A DNA stretch of 49,406 nt. It comes from an uncultured Campylobacter sp. (GTDB lineage Bacteria; Campylobacterota; Campylobacteria; Campylobacterales; Campylobacteraceae). Location of the stretch: assembly GCA_963523845.1 (NCBI GenBank), contig CAURFS010000001.1, forward strand, positions 1 to 49,406, written 5' to 3'. How positions within the stretch are numbered: position 1 is the stretch's first letter; the number at the start of each line of letters is the position of its first letter. Below the pieces are notes generated by a model. It made no database searches, was not told the origin of the DNA, and saw only the letters and a list, made by a program, of their open reading frames with translations. Of the stretch, positions 1-9,729 are shown piece after piece. The position numbers and the translations under genes were made by a program.

Positions 1-754
1 CGAGTTGGCGTTTGGGCTGAAGCAGAGGCTCGGGAATTTCGAGTTTTTCGGAAAGTATCTAAGCCGCAAGGGTAGGGATCAGATCATCAAATCCTCGCGT
101 AGAAATTTAGGCCTAGCGCCGGATCCGAACTACCAAAGCAACTACCAGACCTTCACCAACGACGGCAGAAGCGAAAATAAAATTTTAACCTTCGGCGTTA
201 AAACGATCGAGGATTATGAGGCTTTCGGCACGCTAAACGGCTTTGAGCTGGGCTTTGAGCACATCAAGATGAAGACGAACAACACCCTTTACGACATATC
301 GCTTGATAGAGAAACGCTTGAAGATGAAAAGATCGTCGAATACGACGGCAGACTGATGAGGTTATCGGAGCTGCCGGCGCAGGACTACGCTAGGCCTTGG
401 ACTGCGAGCCTAAACATCATCACCAAAATTCCAAGCTACGGCATCAGCGTAAATAACTTCCTCTCGTTTAAAGGCTCGCAAGAAGCAATCGCTCGCACGG
501 GCAGGACGCCCGCGGGCAAGTATCCTGCCAGATACGACAAATACGAAAAGGTAAATCTCGGCAAAAGCTACAGCTGGGATGCGCGCATCGGATACGCTAA
601 AAAGATGGCGGGCGAGGTGGAATTTTTTACGAATTTAGACATCTACAACGTCCTAAATAAGCGCAATAAAGCAAGGCTTAGCAGCGATACCTCGCTCGAT
701 CTGGTCTATGAGGCGGGCAGGCAGTTTTGGCTGGAAGCGGGCATTCGGTGGTAG
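1..754 (+). CDS. TonB-dependent outer-membrane receptor, C-terminal part (5' truncated by window)
   Basis: Alternating beta-strand pattern, LDIYNVLNK motif and terminal GRQFWLEAGIRW typical of TonB-dependent barrel ends. Confidence 0.85.
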   Translation, partial: ELAFGLKQRLGNFEFFGKYLSRKGRDQIIKSSRRNLGLAPDPNYQSNYQTFTNDGRSENKILTFGVKTIEDYEAFGTLNGFELGFEHIKMKTNNTLYDISLDRETLEDEKIVEYDGRLMRLSELPAQDYARPWTASLNIITKIPSYGISVNNFLSFKGSQEAIARTGRTPAGKYPARYDKYEKVNLGKSYSWDARIGYAKKMAGEVEFFTNLDIYNVLNKRNKARLSSDTSLDLVYEAGRQFWLEAGIRW

Positions 755-765
755 CGTAAGCTAAA

Positions 766-800
766 TTTGCGGAGCTTTTGAAATTCCACGGCTCCGCAAA
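766..800. terminator. Inverted repeat downstream of receptor gene, possible terminator
   Basis: TTTGCGGAGC (766-775) / GCTCCGCAAA (791-800) perfect 10-bp IR. Confidence 0.4.
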
Positions 801-1025
801 GTTTCGTGAAATTCTTTGAAATTTATGGCATTTTGCGAGATTTCAAATTTCACGCCGCGCTCCTTAAAATTCCGCACTGCACTCATAAAAATTTTAGTGC
901 GCGTGCGCCGCAAAATTTCAACGTACGCCAAATCACAAAATTTGCGCCCAAATTTAAGTTGAACCAATTTAAGGAGCCGAAACGGCTTTTTAAATTTTAA
1001 CGCCGATGTCGCCTAATAAGCCTTT

Positions 1026-1817
1026 TTATTGAAATATCACAAATTGCCTTTGAAATTTTGACGGGCTAATATGCCGATAATTTAAGAGATAATAGCAAAC
1101 CCTTTCAAAGTCCGCCGCGCTCATCATAAAACTGATAAATCCGCCCTTGCCGTCATAGATGATCAAAGCATCGATCGCGCGGAAGCTAAATTTCCCCTCC
1201 GTGATCTTTGAAAAAATCAGTTTGGAGATGAAAAATGGCAAAATCAATGCCACCGCGCTCATAATAAAAATTATAAATCCTCTAAGGCTCTGTAAAAATC
1301 CGGCGAACGCTATACCTATCACGATAAACGAAAGCACAATGCCGATGGAATTTCTGGCCGGCACGATATGTCCGAATAGCGGCGTGGCGGTGAGCTTTAT
1401 GAGCGATATCTCATCAAATTTTATAGATTTCGTGATTTTGCCTTTATTGACGTAGTTGATGCTCCTGTCCGTCAAATGAACAAAGCGCGTATGGGCGCTG
1501 TTGAGATAAGATACGACGGCGAATGCTACAGGAACAAACGGCGTATAGTATGGGAAAATATCGCCTATATACAGAAACACCGGTACCGCCAAGGGAGCGA
1601 AGAATAGATTATAAATAAAGAATACTATTATGTTGTAGTCTTTTACAACGAGGGGTTTATTGTCAAATTTCGGCGGATTTTGGCGCTCGGCGTCTTGCCT
1701 AGACTGCGACCGCTGCAGCTTTTGCAACTTTTGTGGCTCGTCTTTTAAATTTAGCATTGAATTTTTACTCCTGTTTTGAAGTTCGTCGCGGACGGTCTTA
1801 GTGCCTTGCAGTGTCAA
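1026..1817 (-). CDS. Hypothetical multi-pass membrane protein (true start may be internal)
   Basis: 263-aa ORF with four hydrophobic segments. Confidence 0.7.
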   Translation of the reverse strand: MTLQGTKTVRDELQNRSKNSMLNLKDEPQKLQKLQRSQSRQDAERQNPPKFDNKPLVVKDYNIIVFFIYNLFFAPLAVPVFLYIGDIFPYYTPFVPVAFAVVSYLNSAHTRFVHLTDRSINYVNKGKITKSIKFDEISLIKLTATPLFGHIVPARNSIGIVLSFIVIGIAFAGFLQSLRGFIIFIMSAVALILPFFISKLIFSKITEGKFSFRAIDALIIYDGKGGFISFMMSAADFERVCYYLLNYRHISPSKFQRQFVIFQ

Positions 1818-2777
1818 ATTTGGCTTTGCGTTTAAATTTTATCGTCAAACAGCGCGCGGACATCTGCCTAGAAGCTTTTTACATAAAATTGACAAGATCA
1901 AAATTGCGGGCAAGTCACATTTGGAAGATAGAAATTATACGACTTCCTTGCACTCGCTCGTAGATTTCGAGACTCATGCCCGCTGGCTGGAACTAAGCCC
2001 GATAAGGACGATCAGCCCGATGGCTCTAAGTTTTAAGGTCGATGTCCGCCGGCCGCAGCACCTTTGCAAGCTGTATTTATCAGACGTGCATTTGGCAAAT
2101 GCCAAAAACCGCGAACTCTCCGGCATAAAGCCGCCGTAGCCCGCTCACTAAGTAAATTTACTTGTTCTCGGCGCCGCTTCGGCTAAATTTTAGATCTCGC
2201 AGCGCATTTTTTGTCCGCGCGCCGCTTTTTTGTATTTCAAATTTAAACCTTGCGGCGACATTTCCGCGTTCGCGCTGCCGCCATTGAATCCACTTCAATT
2301 TAAAAGCTCGCGCCTACTTTACATAAATTAGATGAAACCTATGCGCGCTCGTCTCGTTAGTCTCGGGCGCCACAGGGTCGCAGCGCGGATACCACCGCAA
2401 TCACTGCTAAAATTTGACCTATCCTGCTAAGATCGGCAATGAGGTTTAAATTTAAGTTGTGTTGCTCGGTAGGCAAGCAGGCGGATGCTCGGTCGCATTT
2501 TGACGCTTCGGGCTTCCTTGCTGAAAAAATTTAACGCCCTCCTGTAAAAGCCCCGCGCTCACGTAAAGCCGCAGCCTGCCTAGGCTCGGCGTATCCATCG
2601 CTATCTTACGTTCTTTGAATTCCGCGCTAAATTTGTCGACCTCGCCGCACGCTCTAGCGATGCAATCCCAAGCAGAGCCCGTCTGCGTCCTTTCAAAATT
2701 CTATTTCGTTAAAATTTGTCCGCGCCGCGTATCGGTCCGCGCACGCTTACTGCACCGCTGCATGAAATTTCGAGGCC

Positions 2778-3068
2778 TCACGGCTCGAAATCAAAGCAGT
2801 AAAAATCATCCGCCTCGCTCCAAAGCTCCTCTAGCGAGCGTCCGTCTATCTGCGGCGCGGTATAGAGCTCTCGCAACGTGGCGAAATACCGCTCGCCGCT
2901 TGCGTTTGCGCCCGCCTCGTCCGCGCATCTTTGAAACGGGCAGCGATCCGCATAGGCGATGATCAAGTATTGCGCGCCGCGCAGGCGAAAGCTAAGCTCG
3001 GGCTCGCCGCCCTCGGCTACGCATTTTAGCAGCATTTGCTCTATGGTTTCAAATGAGTAGTCTGACAT
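2778..3068 (-). CDS. Hypothetical protein
   Basis: 96-aa acidic ORF with GGAG upstream. Confidence 0.6.
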   Translation of the reverse strand: MSDYSFETIEQMLLKCVAEGGEPELSFRLRGAQYLIIAYADRCPFQRCADEAGANASGERYFATLRELYTAPQIDGRSLEELWSEADDFYCFDFEP

Positions 3069-3136
3069 TTCGCTCCGATCTTAAAATTTTATCGCCGCCG
3101 CGACGCTTACTGTGCCGCCACATATCGCGAGCCATT

Positions 3137-3441
3137 TTATTCCGCCAAAAACCCGAAGCGCTCGATCATATCCAAAAGCATATCGGCTCTGCAAATTTCA
3201 TCGTCCAGCAGGTCATCGTATTGATCTCGCAGTCGCTCGGCGTCTTGCGCCACGGGCCCTAGATACTCCCTAGCCTGCGCGGGCTGCCCTTTCATCACGT
3301 AGTATTCGCCTAAGATCACGCGAGCTCGCGTCTTGCTAACCTCGTCGCCTTCGCCCTCAAGTGCCGCTTTTAGGCTCTGCACACCGCCCTCCTCAAGCCC
3401 CCGTGAGAGCTGCGTTACCTTCTGTAAAGCTTCGCATCCAT
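3137..3441 (-). pseudogene. TPR-like hypothetical gene with apparent 1-nt frameshift near the 5' end
   Basis: AAGGAG RBS precedes ATG at 3441, which stops after 8 codons; the long frame to 3137 is offset by one base (305 nt total). Confidence 0.5.
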
Positions 3442-3554
3442 TTTCGCTCCTTAGTTAAATTTCATTTGAAATAATAGAACAAATTCCCATCCCGTCGCGA
3501 TCTGCACTCGGGTCGCAAAACATCGCGCGCCTTTAAATTTAAAGTGATTTAAAT

Positions 3555-4523
3555 TTAGCCCGCATCGTAAGCCTCGAGCATATCGAAGGTCGGAGCGAAA
3601 AAGAGCGCGCCCGTCTTTGCGGTGCTGAAATCCAGTAGGCGGTCGTAGTTGCCTCGCGGGCGGCCGATAAACATACTCTCAAGCATTAACTCCAGCGTGC
3701 TAAAGGTGCTTGCGTAGGCGATGAAGTAGGTTCCCGTCTCGCCGCCCTGCACAAACGGCATGTTGTCGCGCACGACCTTTTTATCGTCGCCGACGTTGGC
3801 TGCGGCGGAGTGCGAGTTGCTAGGCTTGATCTCCTCGCTCATCTCGATATCGTTTTGCTTGGATCTGCCGATGACGCGCTCTTGCTCGGCGACGCCCGCA
3901 GCGTTCCACGCGTTCATATCGTGGATATATTTCTGCACGAAAAGATAGCTGCCGCCCTTGTACGCCGCATCCTCGTCGCCTACCTTGGCGAAAAAGTCGC
4001 GATCTGCGCTCTGGGGATTTTCGGTGCCGTCCACAAAGCCGATGATAGCGCGCCCGTCGTAGTATTTAAAGCCGCAGATCTCCTCCTCGCACATCGCGAC
4101 GTCCTTTAGCGCGGCTTTGATCTCGCTTGCCATATCGTAGCAAACGGCTTGATTCGCCGCTCTGATGTGGATATGGATATCGCCTCCGGTAGCGGGCGCG
4201 ATGTGTTTATCGCCTCTAATCTCTTCGAAATTTTTTAGCTCTTTCGGCAAAGGCTTCGGCAAGCCGAGCATTTTCCACGCCTCAAAGCCCACGCCCAGCA
4301 CGCAGCTCGTTTCGCTAGCCGCGCCGAATCTCGTAACGGCGGTTTTGTTTAAATTTATCACCAAACCGCAAAGACCCTCGAAAGCCTTTTTGCAGGTGGC
4401 TTTGTTTGCGCTAAAGCGCCAGATCATAAATACGGTGTTGTTGCCGGGCGCGTCGGTTACGTTTTGGGATTTGACATGCGCACAGGCGCAACTTTTTTCT
4501 TCACTCATTTTTCTCTCCTTCAA
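3555..4523 (-). CDS. Dyp-type (dye-decolorizing) heme peroxidase
   Basis: GFVDGTENP motif, GGSYLFVQKYIH, distal SH and R residues of the DyP family. Confidence 0.93.
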   Translation of the reverse strand: MKERKMSEEKSCACAHVKSQNVTDAPGNNTVFMIWRFSANKATCKKAFEGLCGLVINLNKTAVTRFGAASETSCVLGVGFEAWKMLGLPKPLPKELKNFEEIRGDKHIAPATGGDIHIHIRAANQAVCYDMASEIKAALKDVAMCEEEICGFKYYDGRAIIGFVDGTENPQSADRDFFAKVGDEDAAYKGGSYLFVQKYIHDMNAWNAAGVAEQERVIGRSKQNDIEMSEEIKPSNSHSAAANVGDDKKVVRDNMPFVQGGETGTYFIAYASTFSTLELMLESMFIGRPRGNYDRLLDFSTAKTGALFFAPTFDMLEAYDAG

Positions 4524-4740
4524 AGTGAAATTTAAAAGGAATTTTAGCGCAATATCGGTAAATATTGGGCGTAGAGATAGAATTTAGGCAGCTTTCGGGT
4601 TTGATTTTAGGCGGAGGAAATTTTTATCTTTGATCGTTAAATTTGCGGCAAGGGTGGAATTTTGTCTTTAAATTTATAAAATTTGCGCCGAGTTGGAAAG
4701 CGAAATTTCATAGCTTTGCGGGGATGAAATTTTAAGACAG

Positions 4741-4763
4741 TGGCAGATGGGAAGGTATTTGAA
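4741..4763. repeat. att core, distal copy (tRNA-Ser 3' end duplication)
   Basis: TGGCAGATGGGAAGG identical to 41241-41255; extends to 23 bp with 2 mismatches. Confidence 0.95.
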
Positions 4764-4805
4764 AAATGCCTTATAATATCGCAACAACAAGGGGTATAAA
4801 AATAA

Positions 4806-4840
4806 TAGTCAGCTAAAAAATCAGCAAAAAGTAGTCGGTA
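4806..4840. promoter_or_regulatory. Putative integrase arm-type binding sites
   Basis: TAGTCAGCTAAAA plus degenerate TCAGCAAAAA and TAGTCGGT; the same motif recurs at 41041-41109. Confidence 0.65.
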
Positions 4841-4850
4841 GAGGATGAAT

Positions 4851-6479
4851 TTAAATACTTTTTATCGCGCTATTAGGTTCGTTCATAGCGCTATCGTCGA
4901 TAGATATTAGCGTGCCGCCCTCTAAACCCAAGTCATATTCGACATCGCGCTCATAAAAGCGCCTTTTTGCGTGTTCTTCGTCCATATCGGCGTCGGAATT
5001 TACGCTGACGACTTTCTCATCTGCGCTTTGCTCTTGCATATCCGTATCCCGTGTGTCGCCCGCCTTGCGAAAAGCGCCGCGTATGTCCTGCACGAGCGCA
5101 AAAGCTTTGGAACCGATGCCCAATACTTTCAGCGAGGTAGTGAGATACATTTGCGACGTGCTGGTTGCGCCTGCTGCCGCAAATCCACCTATAGACGCCC
5201 CTTGTGTAGCTGTAGAGCCTAGACCCGCGGAGCTGCCGGCGCTCGCCCAAGAGCTTACGCTCACGCCGTTGTAAAGCTGGCAGGTTTGATTGGCGCCTGC
5301 TGCTCCTGCAACGGCCTGATTGGTTGCGGTGCTCGCGTTTTGAGCGGCGGCAGTTTGAAAGAAAAAGTCTTTTGCGGCGGTATAGATCGATCCGATCGCG
5401 CCGACCCACCCCATTACTCGACCAATTTTGCTGAGAGTTTTACTACCTGCTATCATTCCTAACGTAGCGATAAATCCGCCGATTGCGCCTACGATTGCGA
5501 GCGTCGCCATAACGCCTGCTAAAGTTACTGTTCCGCCGCTACCTACGATTGCTCCTATTGTAGCCCCTGCGGCAGGACCATAAGTGCCTACGCTTACCGC
5601 TATTAAAAAAATAGAAAGAAAAAATAGAACGGGAGGTATTATTTGCTTATACCAGCCTCCTTTTTTTCCTTTTGTATGATAGGTGACGCCATAAAGGTTA
5701 TTCCAATTTTTTACCCAGCGTCGAACTCCCATTATTGGGACATCGCTGTCTGCGTAAAAAAGAGGATATGCCGCGGCAGATATCGAACCGAAATCAGGTT
5801 TATCATCCCCTCGTTTATTGAATCCTGTGTATATACAAACCGTCGCATCAGATGTATCGATTAAATAATTATCCACGTATTCAAACTCGGTGATCCCTAA
5901 TTTTGTCGCTATATCTTGAGCCATTGCAAGCCCTCCATATGTCGATACTCCATAAGATTCAAAAGGGGATTTATAATAAGTTTCTAAAATTGCACGAAAT
6001 TTCTCAAAAGAGAATTTACTCCCAAAATTTTTGCAATAAAAGCTAAAATCGGATACCTTGGTTTTCTTTACCCAAAAATAGTCAGTTATTTCGCCCTCGC
6101 TCGGGCCGTTATATGTTTCAATAGGATTTTGTTTGTTAAAGAGCTGCGAAAGCCCGAGATTATTAACCCCGTCTCTAGCGTATGGCTGCACGCCGCCGCT
6201 ATTGATATTGTATGCTCCATTCTCGGGTTTTATCCATTCTCCACTTACTGCATGCCCCCATCTTTTTACTTGCTCTGTTTTGTCTTTGCAAAAATAAACT
6301 CGCCCCCATTTTTTAGTGTTTAGGTATATTACGCCAACCCGTCCTTTACGGACAAGCTGTCTGTGGAGATATTCATATATGCGACCATATGAAACAGCGC
6401 TCCATATCATCCCGTTAGTAGCATCGGCCACTACGTCGCCCGAGGGGTTGTGATAAAATGCGGCTGCTTCAGTAGGCAT
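4851..6479 (-). CDS. Putative virion/ejection protein with Gly/Ala-rich hydrophobic C-terminal region
   Basis: 542 aa, last gene of late operon; aromatic N-domain followed by long hydrophobic GA-rich helices. Confidence 0.6.
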   Translation of the reverse strand: MPTEAAAFYHNPSGDVVADATNGMIWSAVSYGRIYEYLHRQLVRKGRVGVIYLNTKKWGRVYFCKDKTEQVKRWGHAVSGEWIKPENGAYNINSGGVQPYARDGVNNLGLSQLFNKQNPIETYNGPSEGEITDYFWVKKTKVSDFSFYCKNFGSKFSFEKFRAILETYYKSPFESYGVSTYGGLAMAQDIATKLGITEFEYVDNYLIDTSDATVCIYTGFNKRGDDKPDFGSISAAAYPLFYADSDVPIMGVRRWVKNWNNLYGVTYHTKGKKGGWYKQIIPPVLFFLSIFLIAVSVGTYGPAAGATIGAIVGSGGTVTLAGVMATLAIVGAIGGFIATLGMIAGSKTLSKIGRVMGWVGAIGSIYTAAKDFFFQTAAAQNASTATNQAVAGAAGANQTCQLYNGVSVSSWASAGSSAGLGSTATQGASIGGFAAAGATSTSQMYLTTSLKVLGIGSKAFALVQDIRGAFRKAGDTRDTDMQEQSADEKVVSVNSDADMDEEHAKRRFYERDVEYDLGLEGGTLISIDDSAMNEPNSAIKSI

Positions 6480-7060
6480 TACGGCACGACCTTATCGATC
6501 GCATCAAACATTTTTGTAGTCATATCTGTGGGCGCAACAAGCCCGCCTATGGAGTGGCCGAATACGCAATCTTTAAGCAAAGATGCCTTTTGGATTCTAA
6601 GCTTGTCGTCGTAGCTTTTGATCTCTCTATCTATCGCTAGTCCACGCTTCTTTTCGCTATTAGTTTGCTCTTTGATTAGAGCCGTGCGAGCTTCGTTGAA
6701 TGCGGCTTCTTTGTCCGCTAGAGCAAGCTTTTTCTCCATCAAATCGAGCTCGCGATTTTTGAGTTTGACATCCGCATCGGCGATCTTTACTTGAGCTTCG
6801 AGCTGTTGTTTTCGTAGCGGCAGCTCCTCACCTTCGCTTAGAAGCCGCAGGGCGATCTCTTGGCTGCTCGTCGTTACGCTCTGCGTCATCGAAACGAGAG
6901 TGTTGCAAAGCATATCAAATTTCTTATCATTCGCCGCTCCGTATTTTTCAAAATACTCATCGATCTTCCCCGCGAATTTATCATACGGGGTATCGGCCGC
7001 CATAGTATCGCCGAGCACGCGTTTATAAAGCTCGCTATATGCTTCCTTATAATCAGCCAT
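6479..7060 (-). CDS. Phage coiled-coil protein
   Basis: 193 aa, heptad-rich, overlaps neighbouring start/stop codons. Confidence 0.75.
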   Translation of the reverse strand: MADYKEAYSELYKRVLGDTMAADTPYDKFAGKIDEYFEKYGAANDKKFDMLCNTLVSMTQSVTTSSQEIALRLLSEGEELPLRKQQLEAQVKIADADVKLKNRELDLMEKKLALADKEAAFNEARTALIKEQTNSEKKRGLAIDREIKSYDDKLRIQKASLLKDCVFGHSIGGLVAPTDMTTKMFDAIDKVVP

Positions 7061-7493
7061 TTTTTAGTCCTTTGATATAATTCTCGACTCTTTTTGGAGT
7101 CTGGCGATACAGCAAGCTTGCGCGTAGGTTTTTTGCCGCCTGCGCGTAGTTTCCAGCCTCTATGCAGCCCAGAGTATGACGGAAGCCTAAGAGCCCCGCA
7201 AGCCCTAGCTGATATGCCATTTCAAGGATGGTGTCTTGAATGCTCTGCGGTTTGCTAGACAACCAAGGCAGACACTCCAGCACTCGCTTTTGAAGCTTCG
7301 CAACTTTCAAATTTAGGATTTTTTCCGCTACTTCTCGGCTCATCGGCTCCGCCTTGCCGCCGTTTAGCTTGAGTTCATCGGGGCTAAGAACGGCTACCAA
7401 AAAGCCGTATCCTATCGTAGCCTTTCCGAGGCTGTCTTTGTATATGTGATCCCGAAAGCCCTCGTGAGCTTTGATGTTTTCTAGCAGGCTCAT
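7053..7493 (-). CDS. Endolysin, T4-type lysozyme (GH24-like)
   Basis: HEGFRDHIYKDSLGKATIGYG catalytic E-D-T pattern; start reset to MSLLEN after GGAGG. Confidence 0.9.
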   Translation of the reverse strand: MSLLENIKAHEGFRDHIYKDSLGKATIGYGFLVAVLSPDELKLNGGKAEPMSREVAEKILNLKVAKLQKRVLECLPWLSSKPQSIQDTILEMAYQLGLAGLLGFRHTLGCIEAGNYAQAAKNLRASLLYRQTPKRVENYIKGLKNG

Positions 7494-7909
7494 ACTCCCT
7501 CCTCGTTCGTGATTTCGATGAATTCTATGTGTTTGCCTATGCAAATTTTGAAAAATGAGTTATATGTTTGCACCGAGTTCGTAATCCCCGCGGCGTTGTG
7601 TCCGTCGCCTACGAGGATACATCCAGATGTTTCTTGCGGGATGTTGCCCGTATGGATCAGAATGTATCTATCTTTTGGCACCAGCTCGTTGTATAGAAGC
7701 GGACACATTCGCTTCTGGCTCGGGCTAGCATACCACTGCATCAGGTAGCGCCCCGCCGGTATACGCCTATCCTTGCCACGCTGCGTAGTATCTGCGCCCG
7801 CGGGCTCAAGGGTAAAGCATTCAAAAAGCCTTTTTCCGTCGTCAATGATCGTTAGCTTCCCGATCGTGCCGTCGTGAATGTTTTTAAATCTATTTATCTT
7901 TATCCTCAT
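7490..7909 (-). CDS. DUF5675-like protein, putative peptidoglycan-active enzyme
   Basis: TIGKL, CFTLE, IPAGRY, ILIHTGN and SGCILVG motifs; located in lysis cassette. Confidence 0.8.
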   Translation of the reverse strand: MRIKINRFKNIHDGTIGKLTIIDDGKRLFECFTLEPAGADTTQRGKDRRIPAGRYLMQWYASPSQKRMCPLLYNELVPKDRYILIHTGNIPQETSGCILVGDGHNAAGITNSVQTYNSFFKICIGKHIEFIEITNEEGV

Positions 7910-8246
7910 AATTTTCCCTTTCAAAATCCATATCTTTTAAATTTTTAATCTTCTTTGACAAGAAGCTATTTATCTTCGCTCTGACCCAATCGGCGCCGAA
8001 CCAAGCCACCGCACCGCTTAGGGCTATGCAGGTTTTAGGGTTACCCGGCATAAACTCGCTCAGCACCGCGTAGCTCACAAATGCAAACAGCATCGATGAG
8101 CCTACCGCTACCAACCACGAGACAACCTTTTGCCCGCCCGATCCTCGCAGCTTCATATTGCCACTACCGATCCCCAACATCGAGCCCAAAAAACTTATAA
8201 CCCCTACAAGTATGTAGTTCCACACTTCTTTATCGATCCCCCACAT
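7890..8246 (-). CDS. Holin
   Basis: 118 aa, three hydrophobic helices, charged C-tail, upstream of lysins. Confidence 0.75.
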   Translation of the reverse strand: MWGIDKEVWNYILVGVISFLGSMLGIGSGNMKLRGSGGQKVVSWLVAVGSSMLFAFVSYAVLSEFMPGNPKTCIALSGAVAWFGADWVRAKINSFLSKKIKNLKDMDFERENYEDKDK

Positions 8247-8586
8247 TCGCGCACTCCTTCAGGAGCGCTTCGCAGGTTTGATAGTATTTTGCCAGCTCGA
8301 CCGCGCTTTGCATATTGCTTGAATCAAATTTAGGCTTCACAGGGAGGCTTACTTTGCACTTTATCGGAACGAGGACGTCTTTATATTCCGTCCTTACCAT
8401 CGGCGCAGGTTTCGCCGCACACCCGCTAAGAGAAACGCACAGCGCCAGCCCTATCAGAAAAAGAAAAAACCTGATGATATACTCTCGCTTGTGCTTAGCC
8501 AGCTCTTTTTGGTAGTTTTTATCCATCAAAAACGTCTTGCGCAGAGGCTTTGAATACTGCGGCATATATAGCTGTCCTGTTTTCAT
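8230..8586 (-). CDS. Lipoprotein, probable o-spanin (true start likely internal, e.g. 8526)
   Basis: Hydrophobic stretch with LSGC lipobox, Pro-rich mature region with Cys. Confidence 0.7.
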   Translation of the reverse strand: MKTGQLYMPQYSKPLRKTFLMDKNYQKELAKHKREYIIRFFLFLIGLALCVSLSGCAAKPAPMVRTEYKDVLVPIKCKVSLPVKPKFDSSNMQSAVELAKYYQTCEALLKECANVGDR

Positions 8587-8942
8587 CTGCCCATCTCCCT
8601 AAAGATTTCCTCATAAAATTTCAGCTTCTTTTCGCATTTTGCGTCCCTTATCGGCACATTTATCGGCTCGTATCTAGTTTCTATCTCTTTTTTGATGATA
8701 GGACCGGCGTTTTTGAGCTTTTCGTTTTGCAGAGCGATCTCTTTAACTTTCTCATTTTGCAGATCGATTTTTGCGTTGCAAGCCTGCAAATTTGAGAAGC
8801 TGATGAGCTCTTGCGTTTTGGCGAATACTAGGTCTTTATTTAGCTGCTCAATCTTGCCCTTTAAATTATGGTTCCACCCCACCAGCGCAAGGCAGGTAAG
8901 TAGAAGCGCTGCGATAATTCCAAGGTAAATTTTAAAGTTCAT
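8583..8942 (-). CDS. Probable i-spanin
   Basis: N-terminal TM helix followed by coiled coil, adjacent to lipoprotein and holin. Confidence 0.7.
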   Translation of the reverse strand: MNFKIYLGIIAALLLTCLALVGWNHNLKGKIEQLNKDLVFAKTQELISFSNLQACNAKIDLQNEKVKEIALQNEKLKNAGPIIKKEIETRYEPINVPIRDAKCEKKLKFYEEIFREMGR

Positions 8943-9475
8943 ATTGCCATCCATAAAATTAAAAATGCCACGTCCTGCATAGCCCCATAAAGGAGCTCTT
9001 GCCTAGCCCACGCACTTTCAATCTCAAATTTCTTGAGCCTAAATTTGAATTTCGTGCGGTATCCCAGCTCACAAGCAAGCGGAAAACCTGCCGCAAGCGC
9101 TACAGCTAGAAGCGGCGCGGCGTAAAGACCCGCAAAGGCTAGCGGTACGAATACCGGTAGCCACCAAAGTAGCCCGCGCAGAGATAGGCAAACGCGGCAA
9201 AACGCTAGCCAATGAGTTTTGGGCTCGAAAAGCCTAGCGGCGATGCGCTCTATGAGCCTATTTTCGCGCTCATCCTTGAAACCGCTATGGGTTACGAGAG
9301 CGCCGACCCATACGCCCCAGCCTTTGGCTTCTCCTGCGAGGTAGCCAAGCCCGCAGATGATCGCAAGATAGAAATTCCCCAAAAAGGCAAATATCAGCAG
9401 AGCCACTACCAGCGCATTGATTTTCGCAAAGTAGGCGTATTGCCCGCGTAGTCTATTGAGTATCCAAAACATCAT
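8939..9475 (-). CDS. Phage multi-pass membrane protein
   Basis: 178 aa, strongly hydrophobic, translationally coupled. Confidence 0.75.
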   Translation of the reverse strand: MMFWILNRLRGQYAYFAKINALVVALLIFAFLGNFYLAIICGLGYLAGEAKGWGVWVGALVTHSGFKDERENRLIERIAARLFEPKTHWLAFCRVCLSLRGLLWWLPVFVPLAFAGLYAAPLLAVALAAGFPLACELGYRTKFKFRLKKFEIESAWARQELLYGAMQDVAFLILWMAI

Positions 9476-9729
9476 CGCTCCTTTGGGCGGCTTTTGACTA
9501 TGTCTGCGAATTCATCGCCGAGCAGATACCAAAAAGGTCTTGAGCCGTCCTCGTAGCGAAACTTCGCAAAGTCGTCCGGATGCGTCGCAAGGTGTGCGAT
9601 CACTCGAAAAATATTCATCATATTGGAATGATCCCATTGGTCGCATTTTCTAGCACGCAAGAAGATCACTATCGGGGAAGCCAAAATTCCGAGGATAAAC
9701 GCCGAGAGAAAAATCAAAAGGTAGCTCAT
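9472..9729 (-). CDS. Phage protein with N-terminal TM helix
   Basis: 85 aa, ATGA overlaps on both sides. Confidence 0.7.
   Translation of the reverse strand: MSYLLIFLSAFILGILASPIVIFLRARKCDQWDHSNMMNIFRVIAHLATHPDDFAKFRYEDGSRPFWYLLGDEFADIVKSRPKER

Noticed and set aside
1820..2770. Genes in ORFs 1801-2139 and 2615-2962
   Set aside because: No RBS or family motifs; the region looks like degraded or intergenic DNA that I cannot assign.
3555..4523. Encapsulin-cargo Dyp operon
   Set aside because: No adjacent encapsulin gene and no obvious C-terminal targeting peptide.
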